From NCBI GenBank assembly GCA_963718525.1, contig OY970355.1, forward strand, positions 448,001-512,000: a DNA stretch of 64,000 nucleotides, written 5' to 3'. This document shows, in pieces, positions 31,492-40,645 of the stretch. The notes beneath the pieces were generated by a model. That model was not told where the DNA came from. It ran no database searches and saw only the letters and a program-made list of their open reading frames with translations. Made by a program: the position numbers and the translations under genes. Position 1 is the stretch's first letter, and each line of letters starts with the position of its first letter. The stretch is from Candidatus Dormiibacterota bacterium (GTDB taxonomy: Bacteria; Chloroflexota; Dormibacteria; Aeolococcales; Aeolococcaceae).

Positions 31492-32304
31492 CTACCCCTG
31501 CGGACCTTGGCCGCCGAAGTTCGGCGCCCGCTTCGCCCGTCTGGCTGCCACCCCCTCGGCGACGTCGGGGCCGGTGAAGCCGAGGAATTCGAGCGCGAGT
31601 GAGCTGTCGAAGATGGGTCCTGCCGCGCGCAGCCAGTTGTTGAGCGCGTACTTGGTCCAGCTGATCGCCGTCGGCGACCCTGCGGCGAGCTTTCGGGCGA
31701 CCTCGATGGCCCTGACGTGCACCTGGTCGTCGGGGACGCTGAGTGAGACAAGCCCGATCCGCTCCGCCTCCTCGCCGTTCACCGGTTCGCAGAGGAGGAG
31801 GTGGTACTTGGCCCTGGCCATACCGCAGAGGAGGGGCCATATGATCGCGGCATGGTCGCCGGCCGCGACCCCAATCCGGGTATGACCGTCGATCAATCGC
31901 ACCGAGTGAGCGGCGATCGAGATATCGGCAAGCAGCCCGACCACGAGCCCCGCCCCGACTGCCACGCCGTCCATCGCCGAAACAATCGGCTTGCTGCAGT
32001 TGATGACGTTGTAGACGAGATCGCGCGCCTCCCGGAGCACCCGGGCACGCACCGAGAAGTCGGCTGCCATCTCCTCGATGAGGTCGAAATCTCCACCAGA
32101 GGAGAAGGTGCCACCCGCGCCACGAATGATCACCGCACGGGTGGTGGCATCCGCGTCCACCGCTCGCCAGACCTCTGCCAGGTCACGGTGCATCGCGGCG
32201 CCGGCCGCGTTGAGGCGACCCTCGGCCTTCATCGTGATCACCAGGATCCCGTCTTCGGGGCGCTCGAAGACCAGGCTCGGAAATGAGGTCGCGAGGTCGT
32301 TCAT
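31492..32304 (-). CDS. Enoyl-CoA hydratase/isomerase family protein
   Basis: [42 protein letters not shown]. Confidence 0.9.
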   Translation of the reverse strand: MNDLATSFPSLVFERPEDGILVITMKAEGRLNAAGAAMHRDLAEVWRAVDADATTRAVIIRGAGGTFSSGGDFDLIEEMAADFSVRARVLREARDLVYNVINCSKPIVSAMDGVAVGAGLVVGLLADISIAAHSVRLIDGHTRIGVAAGDHAAIIWPLLCGMARAKYHLLLCEPVNGEEAERIGLVSLSVPDDQVHVRAIEVARKLAAGSPTAISWTKYALNNWLRAAGPIFDSSLALEFLGFTGPDVAEGVAARRAKRAPNFGGQGPQG

Positions 32305-32315
32305 GAGATCGCGGG

Positions 32316-33110
32316 CTACCTCCCCGTGAAGGTGGGCTTGCGTTTTTCCTGGAATGCCGAGATGCCCTCCTGGTAATCGTGCGTCCGAGACGCTCTTCCC
32401 TGTGCAGCAGCTTCGGCGGCGAGCAGGTCCGCCAGGGAGGGGGACGTGTCCGCGATGAGCCTGACGATCCGCTTGGACTCGAGGAACGCCGCGGTGGGTC
32501 CGCCGGCGATCGCCCGGGCCAACTCACGGGTCCGGCGGATCAGGTCCGCGCCGGCGACACTGCGATTCACCAGCCCCCACTCCGCGGCTTCGCGGCCGGA
32601 CACGAGCCGTCCGGTATACACAAGCTCGAGGGTGCGGTGCGGCCCGATTCGCGAGACCAATGCTGCGTGCGCGCCGCTGTCGAGCACTGCCCCGATCCGC
32701 GCGAAGGGCGATCCGATCCGGGCATCGTCGGCCGCGTAAACAACGTCGCATGCGAGTGCGAGACCGAGCCCGATACCGAGGCACGGCCCGTGCACCGCCG
32801 CGATCGTCGGCATCGCCAGAGCGCTCACGTGCGAAATCAGCGGGTTCGCGACACTCTGCAGGACAGCCTCGCCGTCCTCGTGCAGCGGGTCGGCTTCGGA
32901 GAGGTCACGCCCACTGCAGAAGGCCCGTCCTTCACCCCGAACCAGGAGCGCTCTGGCCCCGCTTTTCTCCGCCGCGTCAAGGCTCTCGGTGATTTCGCGG
33001 AACATGGCGGCGCTCAAGGCGTTCATCTTGTCGGGCCGGTCGAGGACCAGCTCGGCGACGCCGTCCTCGATGGTCAGCCGGACCGTGCGGGGCCTGTCAG
33101 ATTCCGGCAT
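32316..33110 (-). CDS. Enoyl-CoA hydratase/isomerase, probable PaaG ring-1,2-epoxyphenylacetyl-CoA isomerase
   Basis: [46 protein letters not shown]; paa context. Confidence 0.8.
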   Translation of the reverse strand: MPESDRPRTVRLTIEDGVAELVLDRPDKMNALSAAMFREITESLDAAEKSGARALLVRGEGRAFCSGRDLSEADPLHEDGEAVLQSVANPLISHVSALAMPTIAAVHGPCLGIGLGLALACDVVYAADDARIGSPFARIGAVLDSGAHAALVSRIGPHRTLELVYTGRLVSGREAAEWGLVNRSVAGADLIRRTRELARAIAGGPTAAFLESKRIVRLIADTSPSLADLLAAEAAAQGRASRTHDYQEGISAFQEKRKPTFTGR

Positions 33111-33564
33111 ACGGCGCCCGCTCCTTGGCGGTGAGAATCTTCAACTGGCTCGCGCAGACGGTGACGCCGTTCTGGTTGAGCACGTCCCACCGATACGAGA
33201 CGAGCCCCGACTTCGCGTCCCGATCGGACTTCTCGATGACCTCGATGTCGAGATAGATGGTGTCGTTGATCCAGGTGGGCGCCGTGTATCGCAGGCGGTC
33301 GGTGCCGTAGTTGGCGAGGATGGTCGTCGCGTCGCTGGGCACGCCGAGCCCGGTACCGAGCGCGAACACCATGATCCCCGGCGCCACGCGCTGTCCGAAC
33401 ATCGAACGCTCGGCGGCGACCTTGTCGATATGCGGGTAGAACCAGTCGCCAGTGAGCGCGCACCAGCTGACGATGTCCGTCTCGGTGATGGTCCGCCCAC
33501 GGGTGCGCTGGGTTTGACCGACCTCAAGCTCGTCGTAGGTACGGTAGAGAAGAAACCGATCCAC
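33097..33564 (-). CDS. Stand-alone MaoC/PaaZ-C-terminal-like dehydratase (candidate oxepin-CoA hydrolase)
   Basis: RTITETDIV...TGDWFYPHID...FGQRVAPG...LANYGTDRLRY; GGGAGG RBS before GTG 33564. Confidence 0.82.
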   Translation of the reverse strand: MDRFLLYRTYDELEVGQTQRTRGRTITETDIVSWCALTGDWFYPHIDKVAAERSMFGQRVAPGIMVFALGTGLGVPSDATTILANYGTDRLRYTAPTWINDTIYLDIEVIEKSDRDAKSGLVSYRWDVLNQNGVTVCASQLKILTAKERAPYAGI

Positions 33565-33617
33565 CCGATATGCCTCCCGTGACCCTGACTCGTTGCCGAC
33601 CGCCGGGCTGGCGAAGT

Positions 33618-34928
33618 CTACGGCCGGCAATCGATCACCCGCTGAAGCTTTCCGACCGAGCGTTCGAGGGTGCCCGGATCGACGATCTCGACCTCGACGG
33701 TCACCCCGATTCGGTCCTTGACGTCACGGGCCAGGCTGTCCGCGGCGGGAGTGCGACGCTGTTGCGGGCAGTCGGCGCGTGCCTCGACGCGCACCGTCAG
33801 GGTATCGAGACGGCCGGCACGCGCGAGGATCAGCTGGAAATGCGGCGACAGTCCACTCGTGCGCACGACCAGCTCCTCGAGCTGAGTCGGGAAGACATTG
33901 ACGCCGCGCAGGATGATCATGTCATCACTGCGCCCGGTCACCTTCTCCATGCGCCGAAACGCGGGTCGCGCCGTCCCGGGCAGGAGCCGGGTGAGGTCTC
34001 GTGTCCGGTAGCGAACGATGGGCAGCGCATGCTTCGTCAGCGACGTGAACACGAGCTCACCGAAATCGCCGTCGGGCAGCACCTGGCCGGTCTGCGGATC
34101 GATGATCTCCGGATAGAAGTGATCCTCCCAGATGTGCGGGCCGTCCTTGGTTTCGACACACTCCTGCGATACCCCGGGACCCATCACCTCCGAGAGACCG
34201 TAGATGTCAACCGCGTGCATGTCCAGGCGCTGTTCGATCTCCGCACGCATCGCCTCCGTCCACGGCTCGGCACCGAAGATGCCGATGCGCAGCGAGCACG
34301 TCCGCGGGTCGACGCCCTGGCGTTCGAACTCGTCGATGAGGGCGAGCATGTACGACGGTGTCACCATGATGATCGACGGCTGGAAATCTCGGATCAGCTG
34401 CACCTGGCGTGGTGTCATGCCGCCTGAGACCGGTACGACCGTGCAGCCGAGCCGCTCGGCCCCGTAATGCGCGCCGAGGCCGCCGGTGAACAGGCCATAG
34501 CCGTATGCGACATGGACGATGTCACCAGGACGTCCGCCGGCGGCGCGAATGGATCGCGCCATCAGGTCTGCCCACGTATCGAGATCATCCTGCGTGTAGC
34601 CCACCACCGTCGGGCGCCCGGTGGTGCCGCTGGAGGCGTGAATGCGTCGAACATGCGACCGCGGCACGGCGAACATGCCGAACGGGTAGTTGTCGCGGAG
34701 ATCGTGCTTGGTGGTCAGCGGAAAGCGCGCGATGTCCGCGAGGGTGGTGCAGTCGTCGGGCGTCACCCCTGCCGAGTCGAACGCGCGACGGTAGTGCGGC
34801 ACATTCGTGTATGCGCGGCGCAGCGTCCACCGCATGCGTTCGAGCTGGAGCTCGAGCAGCGCGTCCCTGCTCAAACGCTCGCCTGCGTCGAGGAGTTCGG
34901 GCGATGGTGCGGTGCCCAGCCGTGTCAC
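33618..34928 (-). CDS. paaK: Phenylacetate-CoA ligase
   Basis: LRDNYPFGMFAVP, HASSGTTGRPTVVGYT, YGYGLFTGGLG, DIYGLSE, GRSDDMIILRGVNVFP. Confidence 0.95.
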   Translation of the reverse strand: MTRLGTAPSPELLDAGERLSRDALLELQLERMRWTLRRAYTNVPHYRRAFDSAGVTPDDCTTLADIARFPLTTKHDLRDNYPFGMFAVPRSHVRRIHASSGTTGRPTVVGYTQDDLDTWADLMARSIRAAGGRPGDIVHVAYGYGLFTGGLGAHYGAERLGCTVVPVSGGMTPRQVQLIRDFQPSIIMVTPSYMLALIDEFERQGVDPRTCSLRIGIFGAEPWTEAMRAEIEQRLDMHAVDIYGLSEVMGPGVSQECVETKDGPHIWEDHFYPEIIDPQTGQVLPDGDFGELVFTSLTKHALPIVRYRTRDLTRLLPGTARPAFRRMEKVTGRSDDMIILRGVNVFPTQLEELVVRTSGLSPHFQLILARAGRLDTLTVRVEARADCPQQRRTPAADSLARDVKDRIGVTVEVEIVDPGTLERSVGKLQRVIDCRP

Positions 34929-35323
34929 GCCCGATGGGTTCCGATGGTTCGGCTGGTGCCTCGGAATTCGGCGATGACGTCGTCGCCGCGGCGTACGGTG
35001 ACATCGTAGATTCCCGACCGCCCGAAACGGGTGCGCTCCACCGCTCGCGCTTCCAGGACATCGCCGGCACGCGACGGTGCGACGAACGTGATGTCGACGG
35101 CAGCCGCAACAGTCAGTGGCCCATGACTATTGCATGCGCACGCGAAGGCGGTGTCCGCGACCGCGAAGACGAAGGCGCCATGGGTGATTCCGTGGCCGTT
35201 CACCATGTCCGAGCGGACTGTCATGCGCGCGGTTGCGGCTCCAGCTGTGACTTCGCGCACCTCGATGCCGAGCGCCCGCGACGCTGCATCGTCTGCGAGC
35301 ATCCGAGTCACGGAGTCAGTCAT
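34925..35323 (-). CDS. paaI: Phenylacetyl-CoA thioesterase
   Basis: DAASRALGI, NGHGITHGAFVFAVADTAFACACNS, GRSGIYDV, AEFRG; GAGGAG RBS. Confidence 0.92.
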   Translation of the reverse strand: MTDSVTRMLADDAASRALGIEVREVTAGAATARMTVRSDMVNGHGITHGAFVFAVADTAFACACNSHGPLTVAAAVDITFVAPSRAGDVLEARAVERTRFGRSGIYDVTVRRGDDVIAEFRGTSRTIGTHRA

Positions 35324-35361
35324 CGATTCTCCTCTGGGCGGCGCCCGCCGAGCGAGCGCGC

Positions 35362-35955
35362 TCAGAACGCCAGGTTGGTTCGCTCGACAGCGGCCACGGC
35401 TGCGGGAGCGCCGTCGAGGGTCACGTGCGCAGCCGACCGTCTGCCGCTGAGGTAGAGGACCAGTTCGGTTGCCGGCCCGCTGAGCGTCACGCTCTCCCCT
35501 GATCCAAACCGCCGCCGAACACCGTCCGGACGCACCAGCTCCAGCCCATACGGGCGGATCCGCCGGGCCAGCCGCCGTGCCGACAGGCCGACCATCCGCC
35601 ACGAGAGTGCCTCGAGGTCAGGGATCGGCGCCCGCGGCTCGCGCCCGTTGGCACGGCGGACATCCTCGTGATGAATGAAGTATTCCAGGCCGTTGAAGAG
35701 GTCGCGAATGCGCGGCACACGCCACGGAATCATTGGCGCTCCCGCGCGCAGCCGCGCCACCATGGCAGGGAGTCCCTTGGCCGTCTCAGCCGCGCGCTGC
35801 GCATCGGACCAGCGCCTGAAGTGCTCTCGGAGCACCAGGTGTGCGGCGAGGTCGGCCGTGGACCAGCCCTCGCACAGCGTGGGTGCGTCGGGACCGAGCT
35901 CGAGCAGAAGGTTGCAGAGCTCGGTGCGTTCTCGAACGTCGATGGGTTCGGTCAT
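35362..35955 (-). CDS. TIGR03085-like/MDMPI (DinB superfamily) metal-binding protein
   Basis: GPDAPTLCEGW...DLAAHLVLRE, EYFIHHEDVRRA, ELVLYLSGR. Confidence 0.8.
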   Translation of the reverse strand: MTEPIDVRERTELCNLLLELGPDAPTLCEGWSTADLAAHLVLREHFRRWSDAQRAAETAKGLPAMVARLRAGAPMIPWRVPRIRDLFNGLEYFIHHEDVRRANGREPRAPIPDLEALSWRMVGLSARRLARRIRPYGLELVRPDGVRRRFGSGESVTLSGPATELVLYLSGRRSAAHVTLDGAPAAVAAVERTNLAF

Positions 35956-36003
35956 CGCGATGGCCGCAGCGTACCCTCTCGTGGCCCGGATCCCGCCGGG
36001 CTA

Positions 36004-37107
36004 CTACCCGGCCGGCCCGATGCGGCTCCAGGTCGAGCCCGTCAGCGACCAGACCTCGACGGGCGAGTGATCCGGCAGTGTCGCCGACTTCGGAGTGCCG
36101 AAGATCAGCAACTCATGACGGTCGGAATCCGTGATCGCCGTTCCTCCATCGACAGGCGGCGGTACGGCCGAAAGCGCGGCCCAGTCACTCCCATCCCACG
36201 CGAACAACGCCGGCGACGGCACGGGTGGCGTCCCGCAGGCGCACAACACCAGGCGGTCGATCGCCGGGTCCAGTGCCATGGTTGAACCATCGACGGGTGC
36301 GCGGTCCGGCGCCGTCAGCAGCGTCCACCCCGTGCCAGTCCATCGCCAGGTGGTGTTGGCGCCCCCGGTGGAGGGCGGCGGCCCGACGCAGCAACCCACG
36401 GCGAGGAGCGACTGAGTCACCGGATCGAACCACATCGGGCTATAGGCCGCTCCGGGAGGCAGGGCAGCGCCGGCCGGCTTGGCCCAGTGCGTCCCGGTCC
36501 AGATCCAGGTCTCGGCCGGGCTCGAGATGACCCCGGAACGCGTGACGAGAACCATCTCGTGAAGCGCAGGGTCCCAGGCCATATCGGCTCCCTCGCCTGG
36601 TGGCGGCCCACCGGCGCCGCTGTCCAGCGGCTGCCACGTCGTGCCGTTCCAGGCCCAGGTGTCGTGGACCGGCGTCCCCGCTTCGATCCGCCCTCCGAAC
36701 AGCAGCACGGTCCCGGTCTGCGGGTCATACGCCGCTGCGGCGCCGAAGCGCCCCGCGGGGCTGGACGATGGTTGCGCCAGGGTCCATCTCGAGCCGTCCC
36801 AGAGCCAGGTGTTCGCGTAGTTGCCGACGCCCCCGAACAGGACGATGTCGTGGGTGGCGAGGTCATCGGCGACGCTGAAGCCGAAACCCGACTGCGGAAG
36901 CACCGGCACCGCGCTCGGCGTGATCGGCTGACGAACGGAAGGCGTCGCCGGGGGGTGGGTCACCTGCGCCGGCGTGTGCGGCCCAAATGACACCACGATC
37001 CCTATGGCACCTGCGACGGCGACGATGCCCAGGAGCGCGATCGCGGACGGACGCTTGAGACGGCGCCCGCCGGTCGTCCCGGGCCCGTTCCGGAAGGTCT
37101 CTCCCAT
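36004..37107 (-). CDS. Membrane-anchored kelch-like beta-propeller repeat protein
   Basis: N-terminal TM helix, Pro-rich linker, repeated (Y/W)DP...LFGG...TWxWxGxxW blades; start 37107 or 37119. Confidence 0.75.
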   Translation of the reverse strand: MGETFRNGPGTTGGRRLKRPSAIALLGIVAVAGAIGIVVSFGPHTPAQVTHPPATPSVRQPITPSAVPVLPQSGFGFSVADDLATHDIVLFGGVGNYANTWLWDGSRWTLAQPSSSPAGRFGAAAAYDPQTGTVLLFGGRIEAGTPVHDTWAWNGTTWQPLDSGAGGPPPGEGADMAWDPALHEMVLVTRSGVISSPAETWIWTGTHWAKPAGAALPPGAAYSPMWFDPVTQSLLAVGCCVGPPPSTGGANTTWRWTGTGWTLLTAPDRAPVDGSTMALDPAIDRLVLCACGTPPVPSPALFAWDGSDWAALSAVPPPVDGGTAITDSDRHELLIFGTPKSATLPDHSPVEVWSLTGSTWSRIGPAG

Positions 37108-37168
37108 GCCCGCCGTCATAACAGGTCCACAACCGAGCGACGTGGACGCCCCCGCTACGATGCTGGTG

Positions 37169-39532
37169 GTGACCACACTCACTCCGTCCACCCGCAGCAT
37201 CGACCTGGATGCTCTCGTCACCGCGTGGACCGCGGCCAACTACCTGACCGTCGCGCAGATCTACCTCCAGGCAAACCCGCTGCTCCGGGATCCGTTGCGC
37301 GCCGAGCACATCAAGCCGCGGCTGCTCGGCCACTGGGGAACGTCGCCGGCGCTGAGCCTGATCTACGTCCAGCTCAACCGCCTGATCCAGCAGCGCGACT
37401 GCGATGTGCTGTACATCGCCGGACCCGGGCACGGCGGACCCGCGATCGTCGCCAACGTATATCTCGAAGGAACGTATTCGGACATCTACCCGGCGGTTTC
37501 CCTCGACGAGCCCGGACTGCTTCGGTTGGTCCGGCAGTTCTCAACACCCGGTGGCATCCCGAGTCACGTGAGCGTACCCACGCCGGGCTCCATCCACGAA
37601 GGCGGCGAGCTGGGGTACGCGCTCGTCCACGCATTCGGCGCTGTTTTTGACAACCCCGACCTGATCGCTGCGTGTGTCGTCGGTGACGGCGAGGCGGAGA
37701 CCGGACCCCTCGAGGGGTCTTGGAAGGGTGTGAGCTTCCTCGATCCGCGTCGCGACGGCGCCGTGCTCCCGATCCTCCAGCTCAACGGCTACAAGATCAG
37801 CGGACCCACGGTGCTCGGTCGTGCTCCCGAGCGGGACGTTCGCAGCCTGCTCAGCGCCCACGGGTATGACGTCCACGTTGTCAGCGGCGACGAGCCACGT
37901 GCGGTGCACGAGGAGTTCGCCCAGACGCTCGACCGCTGCTACGACCGGATTCGTGAGATCCAGGCGGTCGCGAGGCAGACCGGCGTGTACCCGCAGCGCG
38001 TGCCCTGGCCGGCGATCGTCCTGCGCACGCCCAAGGGCTGGACGGGCCCCAAGTTCGTCGACGGCATGCCGGTGGAGGGAACATTCCGCGCGCACCAGGT
38101 CCCCCTCGACAACGTCAGGAGCAACGCGGCGCACCTCGCGCAGCTCGAGGAGTGGATGCGCAGCTACCGACCCGAAACCCTGTTCGACGATGCCGGCGCA
38201 CCCGTCCAGGCTGTGACGGCGGTGGTGCCGCGCGGCGACAAACGCATGGGCGCATCCGCCTACGCCAACGGCGGAAGGCTGCTTCGCCCGCTGCGGCTGC
38301 CGGAGTTCACCGAGTATGCGATGAGCGTGGATCCCGGTGTCACCGTCGGAGAATCAACGCGCCGCCTCGGCGAGTGGATTCGGGACATCTACCGCGACAA
38401 CCCGGACAACTTCCGGCTGTTCTGCCCCGACGAGACCAACAGCAACCGGCTCGGTGCGGTCTTCGACATCGAAAACCGCTGCTTCGAGGAACAGATCATC
38501 CCGATCGACGATCACGTGCGCAACGACGGACGGGTGATGGAGGTGCTGTCGGAGCATCTCTGCGAGGGCTGGCTCGAGGGATATCTGCTCACCGGCCGCC
38601 ACGGGTTGTTCGCGACCTACGAGGCATTCGCCATGGTCTCCGCGTCGATGACCGTGCAGCATGCGAAGTGGCTCGAGGCGGCGCGCGGACTCGACTGGCG
38701 TGTCCCGGTCGCCGCGCTGAACGTGCTGCTCACGTCGACGTGCTGGCGCAACGATCACAACGGCTTCAGCCATCAGGGTCCGGGGCTCATCGACACCGTG
38801 ATGGCGATGAGCGGCGACGTGGTCCGAGTCTATCTGCCGCCGGACGCGAATTGCCTCCTGTCGGTGGCGAATCACTGCATGAGGAGCCGCAACTACGTGA
38901 ACCTGATCGTCATCGACAAGCAACCGGAGCTCCAGTATCTGTCGATGGATGCCGCCGTCGAGCATTGCGCGCTCGGTGCCTCGGTGTGGGACTGGGCATC
39001 CAACCAGGATGGGGGCGAGCCGGACGTCGTGCTCGGCTGCGCCGGCGACATCCCGACGCTCGAAACGCTTGCCGCTGCTGCGCTGCTGCGCGATCGCGTG
39101 CCTGATCTCCGTTTCCGCCTCGTCAACGTCGTTGACCTGCTGGCGATGAGCCCCGCACCGTTTCATCCGCACGCGCTCAGCGCCGAGACGTTCACGAGAT
39201 TGTTCACCGACGACATCGACGTCGTGATGGCGTTCCACGGCTATGCGCGGGCGTTTCACCAGGTCGTGCACGGCCGGCCGAACGCCGCGCGGTTCCATGT
39301 GCGTGGCTACAACGAGCACGGTACAACCACGACGCCCTTCGACATGGTGGTGCTCAATGAGATGAGCCGGTATCACCTCGTCATGGAGGCCATCCGTCGA
39401 TCCCGGCGCACCCCGGCGGGCGCTGCCGACCTGCATCGCTTTTGCGAGGATCAGCTGCGCCGCCATCACGGGTACGTCCGCGAGCATTTCGAGGACATGC
39501 CCGAGATCCGCGAGTGGCGTTGGCCCGGGTGA
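37169..39532 (+). CDS. xfp: Phosphoketolase (xylulose-5-P/fructose-6-P)
   Basis: KPRLLGHWGT, GPGHG, GSIHEGGELGY, GDGEAETGPL, PDETNSNRL, DHNGFSHQ, GTTTTPFDM; start is approximate. Confidence 0.95.
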   Translation: MTTLTPSTRSIDLDALVTAWTAANYLTVAQIYLQANPLLRDPLRAEHIKPRLLGHWGTSPALSLIYVQLNRLIQQRDCDVLYIAGPGHGGPAIVANVYLEGTYSDIYPAVSLDEPGLLRLVRQFSTPGGIPSHVSVPTPGSIHEGGELGYALVHAFGAVFDNPDLIAACVVGDGEAETGPLEGSWKGVSFLDPRRDGAVLPILQLNGYKISGPTVLGRAPERDVRSLLSAHGYDVHVVSGDEPRAVHEEFAQTLDRCYDRIREIQAVARQTGVYPQRVPWPAIVLRTPKGWTGPKFVDGMPVEGTFRAHQVPLDNVRSNAAHLAQLEEWMRSYRPETLFDDAGAPVQAVTAVVPRGDKRMGASAYANGGRLLRPLRLPEFTEYAMSVDPGVTVGESTRRLGEWIRDIYRDNPDNFRLFCPDETNSNRLGAVFDIENRCFEEQIIPIDDHVRNDGRVMEVLSEHLCEGWLEGYLLTGRHGLFATYEAFAMVSASMTVQHAKWLEAARGLDWRVPVAALNVLLTSTCWRNDHNGFSHQGPGLIDTVMAMSGDVVRVYLPPDANCLLSVANHCMRSRNYVNLIVIDKQPELQYLSMDAAVEHCALGASVWDWASNQDGGEPDVVLGCAGDIPTLETLAAAALLRDRVPDLRFRLVNVVDLLAMSPAPFHPHALSAETFTRLFTDDIDVVMAFHGYARAFHQVVHGRPNAARFHVRGYNEHGTTTTPFDMVVLNEMSRYHLVMEAIRRSRRTPAGAADLHRFCEDQLRRHHGYVREHFEDMPEIREWRWPG

Positions 39533-39571
39533 GCTCGGGCAAGGCGCGTCTCGGCGCGCCGGACTGAACCG

Positions 39572-40645
39572 ATGCGGATCCTCGCCGTGAACGCAGGGTC
39601 GAGCACCCTCAAGCTGAGCGTTGTCGATGATGGCGACCGCGTCGAGGCGGACCAGCAGACCGATGGCGATGCGGATCCCATCGCCGCCCTGCATGATTTC
39701 GTCGCGCGCGCCGGCGCTGTTGACGCTGTCGCCCACCGGCTTGTGCACGGCGGCGCGGCAGTGCGGCACGCCACGCTCGTCGATGACACGGTCCGCCATC
39801 TCCTGAACGGCGCTGTCGAGCTTGCACCGCTCCACGTGCCTCCGGCGCTCGCGTTGCTGGACGCCGCACGCGCGAGCATCGACCGGCCGCAGATCGTGTG
39901 CGTCGACACCGCGTTTCATGCGGAGATGCCGGACTACGCGACCACGTACGCGTTGCCGGCTCACTGGCGCGCGTGGGGTGTACGCCGCTACGGGTTCCAC
40001 GGCCTTTCGTACGCCTGGTCGAGCCGGCGTAGTGCGGAATTGCTCGAGCGCCCGGCGGACGGTTTGCAGATCGTGATCGCGCACATCGGGTCCGGAGTGT
40101 CCGCGTGCGCCGTCCGCGACGGACGCAGCGTGGACACCAGCATGGGGTTCACACCACAGGAGGGTGCCGTGATGGCGTCGCGGAGCGGCACGGTGGACCC
40201 TGGCGCGCTGCTCTGGCTCCAGGACGTTCACGGGCTCACGGTCGGCGCGATGACCAGGTCACTGGAGCACGGCAGCGGGCTGCTCGGCCTCTGCGGTCGC
40301 TCGGACGTGCGTGATGTCGAGCGCGAGGCCGCTCAGGGCAACGCGGCGTGCGTCCTGGCCCTGGACGTGTATATCCATGTGCTCAGCCGCGTCATCGGTG
40401 GCCTTGCCACATCCCTCGACCGCCTCGATGCGTTGGTGTTCACCGGCGGCGTCGGTGAACATTCGGCGTTGGTGCGAAGCCGGATCTGTTCGCGCCTCGG
40501 GCTGCTGCGGCTCCCGCAAACGCTTGATCCCGCAGAGAGTGATGCCGTGATCGGAGTCGCCGACGCCGGTCCGGCCGTGGTGGTGGTCACTGCGCGGGAG
40601 GACGCGCAGATGGCCCGCGAAGCCCGCGGCGTGCTGCGCGGCTAG
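39572..40645 (+). CDS. ackA: Acetate kinase
   Basis: NAGSSTLK, HRLVHGG, LAPLH, DTAFH, YGFHGLSY, TSMGFTP, VFTGGVGE. Confidence 0.93.
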   Translation: MRILAVNAGSSTLKLSVVDDGDRVEADQQTDGDADPIAALHDFVARAGAVDAVAHRLVHGGAAVRHATLVDDTVRHLLNGAVELAPLHVPPALALLDAARASIDRPQIVCVDTAFHAEMPDYATTYALPAHWRAWGVRRYGFHGLSYAWSSRRSAELLERPADGLQIVIAHIGSGVSACAVRDGRSVDTSMGFTPQEGAVMASRSGTVDPGALLWLQDVHGLTVGAMTRSLEHGSGLLGLCGRSDVRDVEREAAQGNAACVLALDVYIHVLSRVIGGLATSLDRLDALVFTGGVGEHSALVRSRICSRLGLLRLPQTLDPAESDAVIGVADAGPAVVVVTAREDAQMAREARGVLRG

